Below, one piece after another: positions 50,671 to 62,624 of a stretch of 64,000 nt of DNA (position 1 is the stretch's first letter; the number at the start of each line of letters is the position of its first letter). Source of the DNA: Sphyrna mokarran (Eukaryota); assembly GCA_024679065.1 (NCBI GenBank), contig JAGIQG010000011.1, forward strand, positions 3,906,001-3,970,000, given 5' to 3'. The notes below the pieces were generated by a model. That model did no database searches and had not been told where the DNA came from. It saw only the letters and a list, made by a program, of their open reading frames with translations. The position numbers and the translations under genes are program-made.

Positions 50671-51350
50671 TGTGACCTGCTCTTCAGCAACTTCTAGCGG
50701 TTAAATCAAAATAAATCCCTGACACACTAAAATCAACACGTTTATTTATCTAACAAATAAATGAAACTTAACAAACCAAATAAACCTTTTCTAATTATTA
50801 GCTATGCCTGAATAAACAAGATTCTGCTGGTATGCTGTTCAAATAAATACAACTCCCTCACACTAATAAAATAGAATTTAGTCACTCTCTAAATTACAAT
50901 CAGGTTTTATGTCTTCTGGAATATTCTGGACCTTCTCTGTTGATTCTCCCATCTGGAACTTCTTTGTTATCTAGATGGCGTTTTCTCTAACACATAGATG
51001 AAGCTATGAGAACCAGCGATTCTCTCGAGAGTCGAGAGTTATTAGCTCTGACATGATAGTTTCTCAACCCTCTTTGTCTCACTGTTCCCTTCTTTTATAC
51101 CCGTGATGACATACCAATATTTTCCACAATAGGATTGATCCTAGGCTGTCAAAACCATCAGGTTTAAATTTAATAGGTTTTTGATATTTAAGTGCCTGAT
51201 TCAAATTGATTGGCTGAATTCAAAAGCCTGTTGTCTGAGTAAAAACTGCTGCTTGGCCATTCAAGACTAATGTTTAGGCTCTCCATGTGCAATTTTGCAA
51301 ACACCAAATTCCATTCCCAATCTACAATTACTCTACCCAACTTCGCAACA
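50671..51350. mobile_element. LTR-like segment
   Basis: TG...CA-bounded; minus-strand TATA-like, CCAAT and AATAAA motifs; no target duplication seen. Confidence 0.35.
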
Positions 51351-51994
51351 TTCATGATTTGTTAAAATATATTCAACTAATTTGGCATTAATATGGTTGA
51401 ACCCACTCAACCCCCAGGACCTTTGGGGGGTTCTCCCTTCTGCTGCCTAACAGTGGCAGAAGGGCATCTGACAACTGGACCTATCTCCTTGACCACCCCC
51501 TCTCCTTGGGGTCCAAGGCACCAGGTCAGGGTGCCTATGCCAGGGTTTTGGGGGCAGTGCTAGGGCACATGGTCTGAATGGGGTTGTTGGATCATGCCTG
51601 GAAGAACAAAGAACAAAACAGCACAGGAAACAGGCCCTTCAGCCCAACGAGCCCACGCCGCCACCCCGATGTTCCCACCTCTACCCGCAATCCGTGATGG
51701 TGTGGTTTTGGGGGGTTGCTCCTTTGCTGAGGGGTTGGTGGTGCTCCCCGGACCCTCGGGGTTTAACATATCTGTTTATTACCATTATCAAAGCTCACTG
51801 GTGAGTTTCCCTCAGAAGAGATGGGATTGGGAGGGAAGTAAATGGGCCACCAAGCCTGCTAATTGTATTATAATTAGCAGGTTTTCATAATAATTGGATT
51901 GCCGCCCGCTATGGGTGGCATTTTTGGGTAACGTCACAATTCAGCAGGGCATGGGATTCCTGACAGCCATCTGTTGAAGTTAGAGAATTCCACC

Positions 51995-52550
51995 CCTATC
52001 TACTTACAGCTCACAGAAAGGTTATTGAGCCCACTGGCTCTAATAGCAATGCAGCAAGGACAATCCATAGCTTGAGAGCACTGAGCTATGAACAAAGACT
52101 TGATGCAGTAGGTATGTATTCACTGGAGAAATGGGGAGATTAGAACAATCTAATTTATTATTTAAGATGCTGGAAGGTAACAGTGATATAAAAGGGGATA
52201 ATGTGTTTTGAGTTGATGGGATGAAGTAGAAAGGGGCTACCCACATAAATGGAGGAACCAGGGAAAAAGTTAGGTATCTGGAAGTTTTTCTTTTTCTAGA
52301 ATGATTGACCCAATGGAACAGGGCTCTAGAGGTAGTTAAGGCAGATTCTTTATAGTCATTTTAGGAGGCAAAGATAAAGTAATGGAAAAAGAGGCAATAT
52401 CAGCATCAGAAAAGCTATGTAATAATTTTGATAATTAACAGATCTGAGACCTATGTCTGAACAATTGAGAGGCATCTTTGTGAAGAATGTCAGCTACAGG
52501 AAGAGAATGGAGGCAAGCCAATATGGGTTAAATGGCCTTTTCTGCTCTTT
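51995..52550 (+). mobile_element. Old CR1 3' fragment
   Basis: Degenerate LSYEQRL..YSLEK..GDL and tail GGGTTAAATGGCCTTTTCTGCTC. Confidence 0.55.
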
Positions 52551-53149
52551 GATATGCGAACAATAAAAAAAGAGCTTAAAACACAAAACCACTCAGGAAC
52601 TGAGTTAATGCTAAACTTTAATGCATCTTAAACCTGCATATTATGGTTGACTAAAATTCAGGTTTTACCTGAATAAACAGTAAATTGATGTAATCAAAAG
52701 TACAGTCTTTAACAGTGCAGGAAAATGTTAACTTTGTGAGAAGTCAACAATAAACTGCAAATATTTATTTGGACTGAAAATGTATCCTATACTGATGGAA
52801 GAGATCAGCAATAAACTGCATACTCCATTTGTGAAATGGATGCAGAGAATGAATAATAATATTTCTATTTAGAATTGTGAACCTTTTGGTATACAATTCC
52901 TAAAACTCCATTACAATTATTTATAAGTCAGTTTTGACTTTGGGAAACACAGAATTACACCTTAATATATGCAGATAGATTTTTTGCTCATTACTATAAT
53001 TAGAACATAGAGTTCACTTGATCGAAGTTAATACTGAGTGTTGAACAGCTTTTTGTTGAACTCAAAAAGTATCACAATTATACAAAATAATTTCCCTTTT
53101 TGTGCACTATTTGCATATGCAGCATTTCACTGGTATTACAAAAACCTAC

Positions 53150-53299
53150 CTTGTTTTGAGAATTAGATTTCCCATCCAGGTCAGGTGATCGTGACCTGGG
53201 ACTTGGCCATTCTTCTCCAATCAAGGACGTCCGGAGAGAAACTTTGTTCAACTGCTGAATATACAGAAACAGTAGGAACTGCAATGTATCTACTGAAAG
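53150..53299 (-). CDS. TBCCD1: TBCCD1 exon
   Basis: cccag acceptor, gtaggt donor. Reads LSVDTLQFLLFLYIQQLNKVSLRTSLIGEEWPSPR. Confidence 0.95.
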
Positions 53300-54807
53300 C
53301 TGGGAGGAAAAAATGAGCTCAACTTAGATTAGTGTTTTATTGTTAAATCACATAATATATATGCCTTCCATAAAGTATCTTGCAAATAAAGAAAGCACAA
53401 GATGCAAAACAATCTTTCTGAAAACGTTACAGCCTTTTATAAAACCTATTAAAGTATTATTCATTATTCCAATGCAGTTAACACAGAGGTCTTACCAAGA
53501 ACATGATGCTGATTTCATAATTTTTCTATTTATAGCTAATATCATATAAAGATCCATTGTAAACTGCTCATCTATTACAGGAAAGTAAATAAACCTTTGA
53601 TTGTTTTGCATCTTATGTTCATGTAACCTTCAATTCAATCAGATTATAAGACTGGATAGCCTCAGAAGACCTATCTTTGACCTCTCCTTAATTTCCTCCT
53701 ACCTAGAGATACAGATATCACTGATTTCCCAACTTTCTATATCGGCAGGATGAAATACCTCTATGTATCTTTCTGCCCAAAATATCTACCCAATAATACC
53801 AGTTCATCCCTCAATGAAGAAGCTGCAAAGAGGGCTGAGATTAGAAAACCTTCAAACTGAACACTATTATTAATCTTTGCTTTTTTGTAATGCAAATTCT
53901 CTGAAATGTGATTTTTTTTGTACATAATCATCAAATTGTAACCAACAAGATGTGAGGCATACCACAGCATAATATATTGTTACAACCACTACAAATTTAT
54001 TACTTGGAGGTACAATCTGTAATTAAAGAAATATTTTCAACTTTGGTAAATAAATGAATGTCATCTTCAACAGCAATCCTATGTGGATCAGGAAGCTTTC
54101 ACACAATGCCAGCCTTAATCTGTGTTGAACAGAGAATTGGGTTAGCATGGAAGGATGAAGGAGCAGTGGTTAGCAAGGAATACAGTAAATCAGTACAACA
54201 GATTTATTGTAAATTACATCTTTTACCAGGCCAATACTGCAAGAATTATTACAGAAGATCTTCTATTACTAGGAACTACAAGCTTTCATTCAAGCGTTCA
54301 GATAAAGACAATTAAAAAAATTAAGGGAAATTATATTTTACAAATATATGACTGCATTATATGACTCATGATGAAAGATATTTGAAATTTACATCGAGTT
54401 AACTGAACAATTTTAAAATCCATTTTTTTTTCTTACGCTCAGAGCAAATTTCACTAAGCAAGCAAAACTTTTCTGAACTCGCTCTTCACTGTTCCATCCT
54501 ACCATTATAGTTCTTGAGCTAACGTAGCAGCACACAACAGTAAAAATATGTCCAGCATTACAGTTTTTGCTCCTCAAAGGGACAGCAACCTTGTGCTGGG
54601 ACAAACATCCTCTAGGACTCTGTTCCATCTTTGGGCCAAGCCTGGATGAGGGAAACTTAATTTGACCAATGCTGGTGGCTGGAATTCCAACTGAATTATT
54701 ACCTGTCACAGGTAGTAGTTAAAACTCTGACATTAAAGGTACTTACTTGGTCACTCCCATCCCATAGTAATTTTTTTACTTGTTTCAAAAAAACTAATAT
54801 AATTATT

Positions 54808-55045
54808 AAAGTTTATTTATTATTGCCACAAGTAAGCTTACATTAACACTGCAATGAAGTTACTGTGAAAATCCCCTACTCGCCACACTCCAGCACCTGT
54901 ACACTGAGCGAGAATTTAACATGGCCAATGCATCTAACCGGCACACCTTTCAGACTGTCGGAGGAAACTGGAGCACCTGGAGGAAACCCACACATATATG
55001 TGCAGACTCCATGCAAGACAATGACCCAAGCCGGGAATTGAACCT
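54808..55045 (-). mobile_element. HE1-like SINE (alternative tail), head truncated by a Penelope fragment
   Basis: AAAGTTTATTTATTATTGCCACAAGTAAGCTTACATTAACACTGC tail plus body. Confidence 0.8.
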
Positions 55046-55049
55046 TCAG

Positions 55050-55505
55050 GTAAGTGTTCTCTAAGGGAGCATTCGTAACACATGACAGCGTAGAGTAGCT
55101 GAACAGAGATTGATAACCAAGTTCTGTACACATGAGGACAGCCTCAATTGGGATCTTATGTTCATGTCACACTATCTACAATCCACAAGGCTTGCCTGGA
55201 CTTGCAAAATCTCATTAATTATCCTGTCTGGAGACAATACACATCTCTCTAACCTGTGATTAACGATCTTTCCACTCACATTGAAACTTTAAGACTCGAT
55301 TAGCTGTAAAGACTGGCATTCCAATTATTATTCTACAAATTGAGTTTGTCTCTTTATATACCCTGTTTGTGAACAGAACTCACCTGACAAAGGAGCAGCG
55401 CTCTGAAAGCTAGTAGCGTTTGCTACCAAATAAACCTGTTGGACTTTAACCTGGTGTTGTGAGACTTCTTATTGTGCTTACCGCAGTTCAACACCAGCAT
55501 CTCAT
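55050..55505 (+). mobile_element. Penelope-like element 3' fragment (GIY-YIG C-terminus plus pLTR)
   Basis: RRVAEQRLITKFCTHEDSLNWDLMFMSHY, then a hammerhead-like core at 55381-55415 and AATAAA. Confidence 0.75.
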
Positions 55506-55788
55506 ATTAGACGTATAAATGCCATTCTAATATAGCTTTGAAATCACTCAAAATATTTTCAAAAATAAAACACATACATAATTTAGGGCATGCGTAGAGA
55601 AGTTACCCACGTAGTCTGTCAGCACACCCTGTTAGTTTAATCCATGCTCATGATGAGTGTTACTTACAGAACTATTCAAGATTCATCAAGCAATAATCAG
55701 CTGTAGTTTACAGGGAGGTTCTGTGTCTAATTTAAAATGTAAAACTATAATTTCTCACTGCACAGAAAAATAATGAATGTACCCCTAC

Positions 55789-56115
55789 CTTGTTTTTCAG
55801 TTTATCAATTTCCTCTTCCGACCTGCAGTGAGATACTGCCTCAGCCCATTCCAGCCTCTCCTCTGCTGTTCTCTCAAGAAGACTGTCAAACGTTTCGAAA
55901 TACAGCCATGCCAAATATTCAGCCAGTTGTAACTTCCCACAAGCAATGTGCCTCCACATGGGCCAAGAAAGTCTGGGGTAACCACCCTTTGTTCGAACGT
56001 ACGTTGCCATCTTTCGAAGGTAGTGCATACTAAATTTAGAAGGAGGTGGGATCTGCAAGACCCCAACAACGAAGGTTTCATATTTTACCCAAAGGCGGAC
56101 ACTTGGCTGCTCCAT
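55789..56115 (-). CDS. TBCCD1: TBCCD1 first coding exon
   Basis: ATG at 56115, just after an acceptor. Reads MEQPSVRLWVK..PPPSKFSMHYLRK..WRHIACGKLQLA; gtaggg donor. Confidence 0.95.
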
Positions 56116-57082
56116 TACTGCTGTAAAGGAAATATATTTTACTTCATAACTTTGGTTTTATGGCAGCAATAAAACCTAAGTGATTTACATCGTAAACATC
56201 ATTTATGAAAGTAATTGTAGGAGTTAGCAATTTAGCTTAGTCATAACATAGAATCAAAGGACTTTTATTTTTTTATTAGGTTTAACTTCTGCCAGTGAAT
56301 GATTTGTTTTGGAACTACACAATCCTCTTGACTTTAATCACTGTGACTGTGGGGATGATTCTCCCAAAAGTGCTGAATTCGTGGGAAAAGTGTTCTAGAT
56401 CATGACTGTTTTCTCAATTAAACTTCACGCTCGAATCTCCCCAATGTGTGTACTGCAGAGTTCAGAATCATGAATATCATGAAAAAATTGGGGGGGGGGG
56501 TGCCTATTTGTGCCAAACAGCCTGAAATCAGTGGCATGAGAGGGAATCTGCGCATGTGCACATCGCTGGGAGATCGCTGAGAAAACCTTCCAGCATCCAG
56601 ATCACTGCAATCCAACTCCCTCAGACATCGCTGGCCTCATCACTGGTCCCCACAATCTCCCACAGACATTGCTGGCCCCCGCCTCCTATCTCCTCCCACA
56701 CAGAGACATGGTCCCCATGGATCCGGATAATGTGGGTATCCAATCCCCCCATCCCTTGAACATACTACCCTCACTGCTGTCCTGCTGACATGCACAATCC
56801 CAGCTTGTGATCATTCCCTCTCTTGAATGGGTATTGCACTCCCCATGGACACAGCAGCTAATCTATTAGCAGGCCTAAGTATTGCACCCTCCCGGACACT
56901 GCAGCCTATTCATTGGCAGCCAATCAGCACCCCGAGGATGAATGACACACAGCTGAATCTCTCTGAAACATTTGTTACCAATGGGCCCTTGACTGGCCAG
57001 TCACTGCCCCCACATTCCCCTGACTGGCCTGTCACTGCCCCCGCACTCCCCAAATAAGCCACAGCTGTATATAAGCTGCAGG

Positions 57083-58700
57083 AATGAAACACAGCCAGTC
57101 ACTTCAAAGATGTCTGCGCAGATACTAGCTTCCAGATTTTTGGAGGCCAACCAGAATCATCTGCTAGATGCTGTGGAGGAGAGGCATCATGGTCTCTTCC
57201 CCGGGCCAGGGGTGCATGTGCCACGGCATTGTGGGAGGTGGTGGCAGAAGTGGTGAATGCCAGGGGCTTAACACCGTGCTGGGGCAGGGCAGTACCACAA
57301 AATAATGTACAACCTTCTATGAGCAGCAAGGGAGAGTGAGAGACACAGAGAGTGTCTCTGTGTGGGAGTGAGATTGGAACCCTGCACATACCTGGCACAG
57401 GTCTTCAACCCTCCTCAGACTCCTCAAGGCCATGCAACAAGTGACCCTTTCCGCAGCAACAGAATCAACGAGCACCCTTCAGTGGTGACTGCTTTCCCTG
57501 AAACTGTGCGTCAGCACAACGCCTGGAACATAGGCACACAATGCACACCATACGCTGCAATATGTAATGCTTGTTATCCACCTTATGTTCTCACAGGACA
57601 ATGCATGCGAAGTGATACAGACTGGTTGTGGTGTGCCTGACCTGCAACAGCTGACCAGCATGGAGGAGTGCGTCATGGAGCTGGCAGGGGGTGGTAGGCC
57701 GTCTCAAATGGTCACTGACAGCCAGGTGGGCATCTGGCATGCAAGTGAGCAGAAGCGCATCCTCAATCTTGGTCCTCCTCTAAGTAAGTGCGATGCTGCA
57801 TGGAATGTTTTACGTCCCTCCCCCTAATGTTTGTTTTTTTTTGCTCTGGATCCATAGGAACCCAGCTCTTTGGATGTTGCTGCCACCGCCCACTGCTCAG
57901 GGGCAAACTGCCCAAGGACCCCTGGATGACATCTCGGAGGGAGGCACTGAGGAATCCTCCGAGGGCAGCTAAAGCTGCACCGTCATGTACCACACAACCC
58001 GCTAACACAGAGACGATCACCACAATGGGTACCTTTAGTGTTGAAGCTTCTGAGTCACGACCTGTGTGTGTGGGGGGGGGGGGGGGAGCACATCACAGCC
58101 GCTGACGCGCATTGGGTAAGGCAGGCACATCTGAAAGCTCGGGCACATGGAGGTCTGCTGGAGGCCAGGATTCTACTGTTCTCAAGCCAGCTGTGGGCCT
58201 CTGGGTTTGTTTCTCCCAAGGCTGGTGGAGATGCAACAGCAAACCCAGGGAGTTGTGGAAGGGCTGTCAGCAACCATGTTGTGACTGCAAGGTTCTTTAG
58301 GGGAGTCAGAGTGCTGGCAGGAGATGGTGCCGACACATGTGAAACCCAGGTCAACATAGCAAGGGTGATGAACGCAGTGGAAAGTCTGGCTCAGGGGTCT
58401 GTGCTCCTGAGTGAAAGGGTCCAGGCCATCCTGGAGACACTATGGACCACAGGCAAATGTGTTTTCAATATTCAGGAGGCACAGCGTTCAATGGCCATGC
58501 ATGTGGGAGACTCTGCTGGCCATGGCTGGGACTCTCACTAGCATTCTGGAGGCATAGCAGGCCATGGTTATGAGTCCCAACACCTTAGTCCAGACTCAGA
58601 AGGCTACTGCTGAGAGGCTCCAAAGTCTGGTTTGCTCACAGAATGCTCACAGACTGCAGAGGGGCTCAGAAACTTGCCCAGTTTCAGTGGGCCAAGGCTG
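57083..58700 (+). pseudogene. Harbinger Myb/SANT-like DNA-binding protein, spliced and disrupted
   Basis: LLDAVEERHHGLFPG..WEVVAEVVNA..YNLL*AAR, then after a cacag acceptor (about 57597) QTGCGVPDLQQLTSMEECVMELAG; TATATAAG just upstream. Confidence 0.7.
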
Positions 58701-59379
58701 AGGGATCACATATCATGGGACAGGTGCACCTAGGTGTCCAGGACGGACAGAACTTTTGCAGCTCAGTCCAGCCACCCGGGCATCTCTGGGCACTTCCAAG
58801 GTGAAGGGCTTGAGCCCATGTTGGGGTCTTCCACCCAGGAGATCCCAGACATTCTGATGCCCCCCTTCCTCACACTGGGGCATCTCAGGACCAGTGACAT
58901 GGACAGCGTGGCACTGAAATAGTGCCATCTGCAAGTCAGCCTGGGCCGTTCAGGTCCCGGCCACCCAGGGGACGTCCGCCAAGGGCACCACAGGTAACAG
59001 GGTGCATCACAGTTAGACACTTCCATCTCTGATGAAGCAGTAGACAGCACAAAGTTCGAAAGCTGTAGTTCACTAGAGGGTGAAAGTCAGCATTAATCAG
59101 GATTTGGTAATTAAGTACAGGTAGCAGTCAGATTTGAATTGCACCAGGACAAGATCCCAATCTACACAATAGCAAGTTGTCATCATTCTCCAGCCTTCAA
59201 CCAAGATTTGCAACCTTTTGCCAGCCCAGGCACATTATTAGGGTCAGATGTTTCTAGAGGACATAGTGGTGGGATATCAGGAGCACGGGAAGGATGATGT
59301 GATGGTTTAAGGGCCCAGGTTGGTTTGGAAGGGGAATAGAGGTTGCTCCTGGAGTGTGCAACCCCCTCACTTCCCAGCA

Positions 59380-60790
59380 CCAGCTCGGTGAAGCGGACTG
59401 CAATCAAGGCATCCCTCACTGCCCTTCCCTGCTGGATACCTGCCACCGCCACTTGCCCCTCTTTCTTCCGGCTCTTTATAATTGGGGGATGTCCACCTCG
59501 GCCTCTCATCGCTCCTCTTCCTATGCCAGTTGGTCTCCCTGCTGCATGGCAATGTGAAGAATGCAGCAAACAATAATGATGCGTGAAGCTTGCACAGAGT
59601 CATACTGGAGGCACCTCCAGAGCTATCCAAGAAGAGGAACACATCTTCAGCAGGCTGATGCAGTGTTCAACGACAAACTGGGTGCATGCATGGGCCTTGT
59701 TATAGCGAATCTCCGCCTCAGTCTCAGGCCTTCATGAACGTAGCAGGTAAGTTTTGTCACCCAGTCGCCATCCCGGAGCCTGGGCTGGTCTTCAAAGAGC
59801 CCAATGACATCCGACTGCTGGAGCACAAAGCTGCCATGGACACTCTCTGGTTGGCAAGCATCGACCTGCATGATCTTCATTTGATGGTTGCAGCCAATTT
59901 GGACATTCAGGGAGTGGAATCCCTTCCAGTTCATAAATTGCTGAGGCTGCATAGAGGCCCACAAGGCGATGTGAATCTCATCGACTGCACTCTGCACATT
60001 TGGGATCCCCGCGATGAATGCATGGCCCACATCGAAATTAATGAACTATCTGCCTGGGCATACAGGGCATTTGTGACCTGTCATAAACATCTGTGAAGTA
60101 GTCTCACAACACCAGCTTAAAGTCCAACAGGTTTATCTGTAGCAAATATCATATTCCCACTCATCCGACAAAGGAATAGCATGTTCTGAAAACTTGTGGC
60201 ATTTTCTACAAATAAACCTGTTGGATTTTAAGCTGGTGTTGTGCGACGTCTTTCTGTTTTTACCCCAGTCCGATGCCGGCATCTCCACATCATGACACAC
60301 ATCTGTGCACAAAGGCCTAGAAGATCCCAGCTAAGTCTCCACTGGGTGCCTGGAATGATCTGGAGGCACAGAAATTCAGGACAGCCATCACCTTCACGTC
60401 CATAGGGAGCAGGTAGCCACTTCTCAGGTGCCAAGTGCGATGTGTTGCACCATGGTCATGGATAAATGCAGCTGGTGATGGCACATCTCCGGAGAAGGCC
60501 TCGAAGGAATTGCAGGGCCTGTACCTCCTTGCCCTCAGCACTCTCCATCTTCTGTGCACCCTCTCATGAGGCTGCTCACCCACCTTCTGGCCCTCAGCGG
60601 CAGCCCCCCGCCCTCCTTCCTGAGTGTCTGGTGGTGACTGCTCCTGCGGTAGTCTCTCCAAGCCCGCCACATCCCAAGTCGCTGCCTCCTCCTTCTCCTA
60701 TCCCCCTACTGCCACCAACATGGCCAGCTCCAGATCGAGCAAACCGAAATCCATCTGCACAGCAGGGTTTGGGAAGAACATAGAATGATG
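59380..60790 (-). pseudogene. Harbinger/HARBI1-type DDE transposase, frameshifted and interrupted
   Basis: LPMDVKVMAVLNFCASRSFQ; AGIPNVQSAVDEIHI..NWKGFHSLNVQ..PESVHGSFVL; then in a shifted frame LGDKTY..TEAEIRYNKAH..VVEHCISLLKM. Confidence 0.88.
60096..60298 (+). mobile_element. Penelope-like pLTR insertion with partial inverted copy, inside the transposase
   Basis: Inverted arms about 60101-60145 / 60203-60247; 9-bp target duplication ACATCTGTG (60087-95 / 60299-307). Confidence 0.8.
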
Positions 60791-61167
60791 GATTATTTCC
60801 ATTGGCTGCATAGACCTAGTTCCACTTCGGCCAGAACCACCACTTGTGGGAACTGGCAATACCACACAATCCATAATGCCATGCAAGGTCTGATTAGGAT
60901 TGTGTGAAATTCCCTTTAAGACAAATGTTGGCATAGATTATGCAGGTTGGTATGCAGCCGTGGGCAGTGTGCACCCTTGAACCATTGGTGAGTGTGCAAC
61001 TGCACCATCCGTTACAGACATGTGTTGCTGATCTATGTCACAGGGCAGAGACGGACTGCAAATCAGTACCAGATCTGTGCCTAGTGACAGCAGATCCCAT
61101 ACAGTCCATGTCTGTACCATGTCTGAGTCTGGAGCAGCAGCTGCTTCACTTGGTTAGCTTCAGTCAG

Positions 61168-61608
61168 GATGTGGAGATGCTGGCGTTGGATTGGGGTAAA
61201 CACAATAAGAAGTCTCACTACACCAGGTTAAAGTTCAACAGGTTTGTTTGGTAGCAAAAGTCACTAGCTTTCAGAGTGTTGCTCCTTCATCATGAGTGGG
61301 AGTTCTGTTCACAAACAGGGCATATAAAGACACAAACTCAATTTACAAAATAATGGTTGGAATGAGAGTCTTTACAGGTAATCAAGTGTCAAAGGTGCAG
61401 ACAATGTGAGTGAAGAGAACATTAAACACAGTTTAAAGAGGTGTGTATTGTCTCCAGACAGGATGGTTAGTGAGGTTTTGCCAGCCCAGGCAAGTCATGG
61501 GGGTTACAGAGTGACATGAACCCAAGATCCCAGTTCAGGCCATCCTCATGTGTGCAGAACTTGGCTATTAGTCTCTGCTCAGCAACTCTGTGCTGTCGTA
61601 TGCTTATA
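61168..61608 (-). mobile_element. Penelope-like element 3' fragment inside the Harbinger element
   Basis: RVAEQRLIAKFCTHEDGLNWDLGFMS; homologous to 55050-55505; flanked by AGCTTCAGTCAG / AGCTTCAATCAG. Confidence 0.8.
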
Positions 61609-62624
61609 AGCTTCAATCAGCACATGGTATATTCCTCTTACACCCACCCTGGAGCACCAGCACATCCCACAGCAAGTCAATGCCACTGCAAAGTGCGGGG
61701 AAGGGGAAGGGGGAGCCCTCAAGGTTGCTTACCACAGCGTGCTTTCAGCGCTGTCCAGGGCGCAGGTGTGAGAGGGGACTCCCTGATGGAATCTCATTTA
61801 GAGAACTGTAATGAAACATAAGTACCCCCCCGCCCTGTCCCAGATATTAGGCTCAGCCGCCCCAGACCTTGCGTCCAGTTCGACTGCCAACACCTGAAGG
61901 GAGCAGGAGGAAGGCCATCAGACATTTCCAAAGCCTGTCTGCAACATCCCCCGCACTCACCTCCTCACGTCATGCCAAACTGAGACTTTTGAATGCCTAC
62001 TCTGATTCGTGCCGAAGTTACATCATGCCAAAGAGGTGGAGATGCAAACATGGGCAGAGATTGCTATGTGGATTCTGATAATGGCATGTTAAGATATGTA
62101 AAGTCATGCAAATCAGCAGCTCATCAGTTTTCTGTAAGTTCCCGGTGGTGCCATTTTTCTCCAGTTGGGAGGTGCGAGCGGGTCATAAAAGCTGGCGGGG
62201 AATCATGAAATGGCTGACACACAGCATCTCCCAGCCCGACCCGACAGACAAGTTGCAGGTCACAATGAGAGAATCATCCCCTGTACTTCAAGTTACAAGC
62301 TATGTCTTTTCTAGGGAATCTAACATAGCTTTTACATTGGTTTTGATGAGAAAACCTGATTTGTTTAAAGTTTCACAAAGTTGCATTTTTAAGAAACACA
62401 ACTATAAGTTCAAGCAAGGATTTACTGTACCTGTAATTCTAATTTTCACCACCTGTCTACAACAAACCAATGTCTATTCTTTTAGTTTTAACAATGAATA
62501 GTCTGCAAAAACCCCTCAAAAAATAATTTACTTCACAGTATCTTTTATAAAATAGATTAATATGGAATATTTGCTTAGTCGTTCCATTTTAACTATGTGT
62601 GTTCTGTAATCTCAATGTTTTCAA

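Larger units (their letters stand above)
56351..62281. mobile_element. Full-length decayed PIF/Harbinger DNA transposon
   Basis: Perfect 13-bp TIRs GGGGATGATTCTC (56351-63) / GAGAATCATCCCC (62269-81); 3-bp target duplication TGT (56348-50 / 62282-84); convergent Myb-like and transposase pseudogenes; GC-rich relative to the flanks. Confidence 0.92.

Noticed and set aside
1897-55788. Minor (U12) or non-canonical introns in the three genes
   Set aside because: All inferred junctions are ordinary GT-AG with no GTATCCTT donors.
59029-59090. CTGATGAAGC...TTCGAAAGCTG hammerhead-like words inside the Harbinger element
   Set aside because: No convincing stem II or stem I pairing and no Penelope context; probably chance.
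57099-62208. Dense cluster of overlapping 60-170 aa ORFs suggesting an operon-like novel system
   Set aside because: Explained by the GC-rich decayed Harbinger element and its nested insertions.
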